From: an uncultured virus (IMG/VR IMGVR_UViG_3300017931_000006)
Lineage: Duplodnaviria; Heunggongvirae; Uroviricota; Caudoviricetes; Crassvirales
DNA: 64,000 bases
Direction: 5' to 3' (one strand)
Virus record (IMG/VR): IMGVR_UViG_3300017931_000006
Shown here: positions 1-9,000 of the stretch, one piece after another
How positions within the stretch are numbered: the first letter of the stretch is position 1
Layout of the letters: each line of letters begins with the position of its first letter
Notes under the pieces: model-generated
Told to the model about the DNA's origin: nothing
Seen by the model: only the letters and a program-made list of their open reading frames with translations
Databases searched by the model: none
Made by a program: the position numbers and the translations under genes

Positions 1-3000
1 TCTTTTTGAACTCGATTGAACAACATCTGTTCCAAAGAGTCCCTGACGGCTTGTTTTTTCTCAGCAGCCTCTTTCTTAGCCTCCAATTCTTCTTCTGGCA
101 GTCCATACATCTTTACTTCTTCAGCCTTGGCACGCTTATCCATCTCCCTCTTGTCAATCGATTTGGATGCGAATTTCCATAGCCAAGGGAATGAAGCCAG
201 AACAACTTCTTCCGGGGTCTTAGGATAACCCATACCGCCTTGTTTTTGCGATTGCCGTTTAGCCCATTCTTTTACCCATCCGGGATCAACCATGTCAACT
301 ATCTTCTTAACAAATGCCGCCCCTATTTTTTGTTCAATATTAGTTGTGGTGTCACCTTTGCCTTTCAACGCTTCAAACCCCAATTTTGCAAGATTAGGGA
401 AAAATCCATACTGAAGCATATTAGCAAATGGACTCTTGGAAGCGGTCTCCCAGTCTGCTTCTGCATTCTCCCGGAGGATGTCATTTATTGACCCCCAAAG
501 ATCTCCTTTTTTCTCAAGCAAAGCAAGATTATTTCCTACACTACATCCATTCAGAAAACTCTCATAAAATGGAACGTGAAGAGCTAGGTGGCTTATGTTA
601 TGAGTAGTGCCTCCAAAAGTGACATCATAAGAACCATCATCTTTTTTCTTTACTGTATTGTGATGGAAAGCTCCCAGTAAGAATGCGCTCATCCCCATGG
701 ACCCCAGTACGATATTTCTTTGAATGATATCAGCCTGATCCCTGTCAAGATTCTTGGTCCCGTTCCAGATAAAACTTACCAACCCCGGTGCCTGAAGTTT
801 CATGTCTCCGGCAAGATTTCTTTTTCCAACAAGAGCATAAATAAGCCCATATTTGAATGTCAACGCCCTATCGATGTAATTAGAGGGGATCCTTATAATT
901 GGGATCTCAGTCTTTAGCAATGCCCCGGGGACCCCATTCGCCTCTATAAAAGAATTAATACCCTTAACGAATTGGTTTTTGTTCATTAAAATTCCCCAGC
1001 GTCCATATTCTACAGCCATCTGCTTGATCATAAGCCTATTTTCTTCGCGGTTAGGATCGTATTTCTTCAGCTCTTGTAATAACTCATCTCTCCTTGGGTC
1101 AAAGTAATCTAAAGCTTCCATTTTGGCTGATACCTCTTTGGCGTGTTCTAACCTATTGAGTGTTAATTGTTCATGTGCAAAAGCTAGTTCTGCTGTCTTC
1201 AGAAATGACTTCATCCATCCATGGGTTCTCCCCGGGGCCTCAATCAATCCTTTCCCAAGAGACCACTCTTCATAAACATGGGGGTCTCCGTACATAATCT
1301 CATTTATATCGTGACCCTTCATCTGTTGCATAAAATTATCCCATGTGAGATTTTTCCACACTGCTGTGTAATATTTAGCCAGTGAACTCATGTGAACACG
1401 ACCCCATATATCAGCCTTACCGGATACTCCTTTTGGGGTAAGTTGATAAGCTAACTCTTGGGCTGCAACCATAAGGGGCTTTAATATAAACGAATGACCC
1501 AGAACTGCGGCAATTTTTCCAATGGTACTAATGTAAGACAACACAGCGAATCTTTGCAATCTAAACACCCCATTCATAAATCTTTTGGCTAATGGCTGGC
1601 TCTTGGCTAGATCAGCCTGCCTTTCTTCCTTCCATTGGTTGTACCTGAGCGCATAAGATCTCTCAGCTTTCACAAGCTCGTCGCTCTTTTCAAAGACTTC
1701 AGCTTCTTTCTTTAATGTGGTATAGTCTTTATTCTGAAGCTTTTCCTCTATCTGTTTAGTCCTTCTGGCTATATCTTTTATCCTGCGCTCATTGTATTCC
1801 CTTTCGGTAATACCAAGTTCCTTGGCCCTTTTCCGGCCTTCTTCCTTCAATGCTTTTACTGCACCACTGTCACTATCTCTCTCAATAAACGGAGATGATT
1901 TTGAGCTCTTGGAGAGATCCTCAAGTTTAAGCCTCAGCCTAGCCTCTTTCTTCATCTCTCCCATGGCGATCTGGTGTTCGGCCTTTGTTTTGGGTTCATT
2001 ATCCTTTGCATATCCAGTCAGGTGCTCCATGATATCCCTTGCGGTTAACTCAGGAGCCACATCCTTGACGTCTGCCAGTGTTTTATCAATAAGCTCATCC
2101 AGATCCTTCACCCCGGAGCGGCTGTGCTCTCTGGCGATCTCCATGATGTCTTTGATATCTTCGGGATCAAGTTCCTTGGCTTTCTCTGACTCAGCAGAAA
2201 GTTTAACATCACTCTCTGCGCTCATCTTCGGCTTCCTACGCTCTAACATCCTCTGTTTGGCAGCAGCGATACGTTCCTCGGAAGTCTGCTGGCTCTTGGG
2301 TTTTTGCTTGCCTTCTCTTTCGATTACTTCAGAGACTTTCTGGCGTTCTTTTTTAGCAGCCTCTTTCTTTTCGAAGTCAGCCACTTTTTCCCTGAGCTCC
2401 CTGAGCTCTTGAAACCGGCTGCGTACATATTCCTGCTCTTCAGGGGTCAGAGACTCGAGATTCTTAGTAGCTAAATATTCCCTTTCCATCTGGAAGAGAG
2501 ACATCTCGCTGTTAGTGTAAGCTTTTCTAAGTCTGAAGATATTAGAAGCCTCACGGCCTATCATGGCAGCAGCCATATCGTTATCAGATATTTTAGCGTA
2601 CAGGTTGTTAAGATCCGTTTGGAGACCCATGATAGATTTACTATCCTTGGCCAGCCTCATCCTATTTAGGATGTCAATTTCTTCATTACGGAGTTGTGCT
2701 CTGTGGACCAAAAGAACAGCCTCATCCATGACAGATCCGGAGTGCTCGGTAAGCACGCGCCTTGTAACCTCATCCGGTATAAACACCCCATCAGAGATCC
2801 CTTGTTTGGCTTCATTGAACCAATGATCAAGGTCTGTACTCTGTAAAGCGTCTTTCATGTGCTGTAGCGCAGCTACGCCAAACATCTTCTTCTTTTCTGC
2901 TTCTACAACTGCATTCTTGAGCGAAGTCTCGAAATCTATTGGTTTTAAAACGACTTTTTCCCGGGTAGCATCATTAATGATACTCTTGGGAATATTAGGA

Positions 3001-6000
3001 TTCTTTTGTAACACTGCCTCTTTGAAGAGCTCCGCTACTTCTTTGTGCCCCTTCTCTGGATAGTGTTCCTTGAATTTATCGAATCCATCCCGGATCTTAT
3101 TAGTCATATCCTGACGATCACCGGCGCTCATCTCTTCTTTAGAGAACAAAGTCGTTTGACCTGTCTCTTTGGCGATCACAGCAGGATCCTTTTTTCTGAA
3201 AGCTTCAGCTTCTTTGGCATTAAAGAATGAGCCCTTTTCTTCGAAGTTCTTGACAATATTCTTAGAAACATCCCCATAGGACACACCTAGAGCATCTGCC
3301 TTGCCTCCAGCTTTCACGTACATGGCTTTTTCGAAGTACCACAGCGCAGCTTGGATGTCAGCGATAGAAAGATCTATCCCTTTGGCAGAAAGCTTCTTTT
3401 GGGCCTCCTTGAAGGTCTCATATTGCAAAGTTCTGTCGGCTGGGTTATCCGGCATATCCCGGGTCCCCACAGCGTCCTTATAAATAGTATTTCCACTTTT
3501 CTCAGCGTAATGATCTTGAAGTAGTTGTTCTTTAGACTTTCCTTCACCTTCGATGGATAATTGCCCCTGAGAAAGATCTAGAGCGTTTACAGCATTATTA
3601 AATTTCTCCTTGTCTTCGTTAGTAGTTCCTTCTTTAAACCCAACCTTCTGTTCTAATTCTGTTCTGTATCCTCTTTTTATGTAAGCCTTAGCGTGTAATG
3701 TGGCTTCGTGGATAGCATCTTCGTCGCTCAGGTCAGGCTTTCCAATCCACTCTTTAAAAGCCCCCACGCCCTTTACATTACCTTCTTCTCCTAACCCACT
3801 CACTTCACTCAATACAGTTCCACGGTAACGATTGAACGTTCTGGACTCCCAGCGGTCCATGGTAGGCCAGCCTTCGGTTCCCATGAGGTTAGCAAAATAA
3901 ACACCAAGCTTAGGCCCGAATATAGTTACAGCGCGAGGGATCTTGATATGGTCTTCCCAGTCATTCTTGAAATCCCGGCCTTCCTTAGCAGCTTCTTTAC
4001 GGAACTCACTTCCCTTCTTGGTTTCAAGTAGCCAATCAGTCAGTTTACCCATGTCACCATCGAATTCCTTTAGTAAACCATTGATCCTGTCAATATTCTC
4101 ATTGTAAGCCGCGGTTTTATTACTACCCTCTGTTACATAAGGTATTACGCCGTCTTTAGAGTCCCGGTATCTACTGTAAACATCTGCCGCTATCCCTAGA
4201 TTTTTGTAAACTTCAGTCTGGTCACTGGTAATAGCTGTTAACATTGTAAACAAATCGGCAGATCCGTTATCATTATCCTTCAACTCAGGGAATAATTTTG
4301 CGAGGTCCTGAATAGCATGTTGATACTGATGAGTATACCAGCCCAACCCACTCTTATCTGTTCCCCCAAAAGCCTTGACCATGTATTCAACTTCGTCGGC
4401 CATGAACCTAGAGGCTCTTGGTATGGTCTGATGACGGACTTCTTTGTTGTTTTCCAGAACCTTCTCCAGCGTTTCCCCACTCTTACCCTTGGTGCTTTGA
4501 AGTCTACCTTCAATAGACCCATAGCGTTTGTTGTAGTAGTTATTATAGGCTTCATAGATATCCCGAAGGGACCACATCTTCTTTCTCTTCGGAAGCCCGA
4601 TGTCGGCAAAATCTTTAGTGTCTTCAGCAAAACCCCTCAAGCTGAATTTTACTCCTTCTGCATTAGTCACTCCAGCCGGACCAGTCTGTTCATAAACAGA
4701 AGCTGTACTAGCCTTCACAATGTCGGCTATCTCATCATCAGTAAGGTCAGCGCTCTTGCCTATCATATCCTTCAGGGCTCCACGGACAAAATCAAGAAGC
4801 TTCTGCCACAGCCCTTTTTCTGCGTCTGTAAGTGCTTCCTTGTTAACGACTTTCTCGCCAATCTTAGCCATGTACTCTTCAGCCAGCTCGGCCTTACTCA
4901 TGTCGCCTTTATTGAACTGGTCTATGTATAATTTATCAACCGTATCCTTGATTTTATCAAGTCCGACTGAGGAATAAACCTTGTTCAATAGGTTATCTAA
5001 TTCTTTGTGATCAGGAAGCAAAGACCTCAATCCAGCATGAACCCCTTGTTCGTGAACCCATGCGGCTATTGCGGCGTCTTCAGAATGTAGGTTGTCACTA
5101 ACTAGATATATCTGGTGCGTCCTCTGGTCTAGGGCTGCTTTAACCCTACCTTCCCCGGCAGCATCCTGAATGTTCTGAGGTAGGTCTGCTTGAGATTTCA
5201 CTACCTCTACCGGCAGTGAATGAGTGGCTTTCTTAGCCAGATCATTTATGGTCTCCGAGATCTTATTGTGCTTATCTGCACTGAGAGGCGTATTGGTTAA
5301 TCCCAATGAAGCATTAAGAGCATCAAGCTCGGCCTGAGCTTCAGGTTTTAGTTCTACTTTTGCTTCGGCTTTGTCGAACTCTTTGGCTCTGCGGATCGCC
5401 TCGTCGAGAATCCCACGAATCTCTGTCCCTTTTTCCGGGTGCTCGGCTTTGATAGACTGAAGTAACTCGGTTCTCCTATCGGGATCGACGTATCTGGACT
5501 CGAGTGCGTGTCTTTCTGCTTGTTCTGTGGCTGTTCCATTTTCTATTACTTTATTTAAAAAATCTGAAACCTTATCGTTAAATTCGGTATCCTTACCATT
5601 CTCAATATCAACGATTTGAATAGTTCCCGTAGATTCATTATAAGTAGCATCATTGATCCCGGCTTTCTTCAGTGCATTTATGGCTTTCTGGGCGTCACCA
5701 ACCTTTACTTCTATCTCGATAGCATTCTGATTGGGTTTGTCCCACTCATCCAGATACTCAGCAGCTATGGTAGCCTTCTGGGTTTCCGGGGCACTCGTAG
5801 CCCTAATGAGAGCAGCGAATTTCTCGGCCTCATCAAGAGTAGGCGCGTTAACGTCGATTCTGTTAGAAACTTCCTGACCACCTTCAAATAACCCAATAGT
5901 ATTATCGATCCTATTAACACTGATACCCATAGCTTTAGCCACATTATGAATACTTTCTATGTAGGCTTTGTAATCAGGTCTTTCACGGATCTCAGCAGCT

Positions 6001-9000
6001 TCTTCTGGGCTTGAGATAGACAGATCACGGTAAGGGGCTACAAAAACAGCCCTTACGCTTTCAGGAACTTTATCCGGGAAGGTTTGTTTATGGGCTTCAA
6101 ATGGAGCCTTATCTAATGCTCTGGAGGCTTGATCCGTAAAGTCATTCATGGCCTGCTGGTGAATAAGCTTATCCTCATGGAATGACTTAGTTGTATTATT
6201 TTCGTTTTTATCAGATTCGGCCTTGGCGTCGATATTGTCAGCCAATTCTGTACCCTCATAAAGAGCTAAATTGTAAACATTTGTATGAGAAATGATGTCT
6301 TCGTTAGCCTTGAGAAAATCCATTGTGTGTTGGTAGGTCTCTGGTGTTTCTTCCCAATGAGAGCCATCCGGGTTAATCCCAGAAAATCCAACAACGATAT
6401 TAGGAATAAAGGCTATTTTTTCTTCGCGCAACTTCTTTACAGCAGCATCTATAGTCTTCTCAGAAGCAGGTTTGTGGAGCTTTGCAAGGATCTCATCGTT
6501 ATAAGACTCCACTCCAAGTTCAACGTATTTAATATGTGCCTGTTTTAAGAATTCAGATGAGAATTTTGTAAATTGCCCTGCTGTGGTCTGGATGACAAAT
6601 CCTTGAAAATCAGGATTGGTCTCTATTATTTTATTGTAAATCTCCGGAAGTCTTTTGTAATTAGGAGACTGTCCGAATGTTTTATCATCAAGGTATACCA
6701 GTTTTGCCCCGAGCGCGGCAAGTGATTCTACCTGCCTGTCAATAGCTTCGTCAGGGATTGAGATTATCTCTTTTGGCACAGTGTAGAACGCACACTTAAA
6801 TTTACATCCGGTAGATAATTGGAGTCTGGGTATAACCTGAGTGCCATCGAAATGACGATAAGAAAATCCATACTCATCTGGATGACCATTCTGTTTTGCG
6901 AAGTCACTAATACTATTGTAGATAGAAATATTAGACTTGGTTTTCAGGTTATCAAGATTAGTATATCCTCCGACAGAGATTTTCTGAGATGGATTGTCGT
7001 CGGCAATCTGGGAGATATACTTCTCGTTGATATCTAACGCGCTGAACGCTATGTTTTTATAACCAGACTCTTTGATGAAATTCTGGGCTTCATCCATATC
7101 CCTTACGACATACACATCACTCTTATCAGCGATGGCGGCTATACGAGACATCCATAAAGGGACTTCCCAGAAGTCGAATGTACGATCATAACCCGGGCGT
7201 GTCCGGTAGAGTTTGTCATAATACCTCTCACTTGGATCTGTAGGATCTCTCCTGCCTCCATTTAAAAGATCTGAGGAAAACTGAACCAATAGGGTCCTAT
7301 CAGAATTATCTTCCCCCTTGTCATTTCTGACCCACAAATTCTTACCCTTATCCTTGGGGTTATTTTTCACTGCATCGTCAAAGGTAGCGTTAGGGGTTGT
7401 GACAGAGCTCCCTTTTGGCTGCTTATGTATCTCCGGTGTTAAATCCGGGGCTTTCTCCTGATCCTCATTACGGATATCCCGGTAGAGGGATGCCGCGTCG
7501 TCAAGGGCCTCGGAAAGCGTTTTATTGGCATTCTTGGGTAGGCTCATATTAAAGATGGCCTCTGATGCCACTGCGGAATTTTCTGCCGGTGTGGTCTCTA
7601 CATTGAGCTTATTTACCCGGTATTTAGCCTCGTTCATCAGGTCATCATAGTTGATATCCTGATAGTTAACCTCGTTGACCGGCTTATCCAGAAGCTCTGC
7701 CAATGGTTTTGCCTTGGCACCTCCGAATCTCAGGACCTTGGAATTATCTACAGTTCCATCCCCTTTGAGCTTCAGTGAGTTACCGTCTACCTTCTCTACC
7801 TCATAAGCCCGGTTCTGGTATACTACTGGCTCTTTCTCTTGAGGTGTTGCTCCTTCTTCGCCTGAAACCAGTCGATCACCTTCTTGTGTCGTTTGGCCTG
7901 ACTCAATGGTAGTGGAGGGGTTAATGGTACTTTGTCCTCCGTCTGTACGCTGAACCCGGACTGATCCTTCATTATCTTTGTTTTCATTTAAGTAGTTTAT
8001 TTCTTTGTCAATTATTTCCTGTGCACGATCATAAGATTCTGTTCTTCCCCATTCTTCTCCGTTCTTTGTGATCATAAATTCACTTCCGGGGCCACGTAGT
8101 ATATCCCATCCCGCTTCTGTATTCCTTATTATCTCATTAGCTCTTTTCTCTGCGGCTTCTTTGGAATCAAATTGCCACTGTGAATCTATTCCATCTGGAC
8201 CCCTATCATGGGACACATACCATTTGTCATTATAGACAGTTTTGGCTCTTTTCCCAAATATTTGACCTATAGTAGAAGGCATAACTCTATCACTTCCACG
8301 ATCTACCCATACATAATTATTGTTAGGTAAGGTATAGCCTCCGTGATTTCCGCTAGCCCCCCATGCTAATTTACCTACCGGGGTAATCGTTGGCTCTTCT
8401 GGTTTCTTTTCTGGCTCTGGTTCGGGTGCGGGCGGCTCTTTGAGTACAGGGTAAAGTATATTCTGGGCTTCTTCTTCAGTCAGCTTTTCTCCCTTAGCCT
8501 CGCTGGCTTTCATTAACTCTTGTACTGCTTTCTCTCGGACGGCCTTCTCCTTAGCTACTTCAGAATCGAACTTATCAACAGCCTTTACTTCTTCAGGCGT
8601 CCGGGTCCATGGCTTATCGGACTTATCAAGTCCAGTCTTCAGAGCATTGTAATCAAATTTAGATCCCCTGAGCCTAGTAGCCACATTGGTTCTCTCCCTT
8701 ACATTCAGGTCATTGGCATCGATCCTCTTCTGGGCTTCATTGATAAACTGAGTGTATTTTATGGCTTCAGCAGAGGCCTCATCAGCAGTGTTATAGGTAT
8801 TGGCAAACACTACCTGATTCTGGTCATTAAGAGCCAGTAAATAAGATTTTCCGTTCTCCTGATCCTGCCGGGTTTCTATTCTTGTTGCTCCGGGGATACC
8901 ACCATTCATCATCACCCCTTTAATGGCAAATAAGAGCTTCATCTTCAAGTCCATAGGAACCTCATCACTCTTCATCACATCCATCATTTTATCGGGATGC

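Noticed and set aside
4053..4067. EFDGD in the giant protein resembling the RNA-polymerase DFDGD loop
   Set aside because: First residue is Glu, flanking polymerase context is missing, and it lies inside the glycosylase-like domain.
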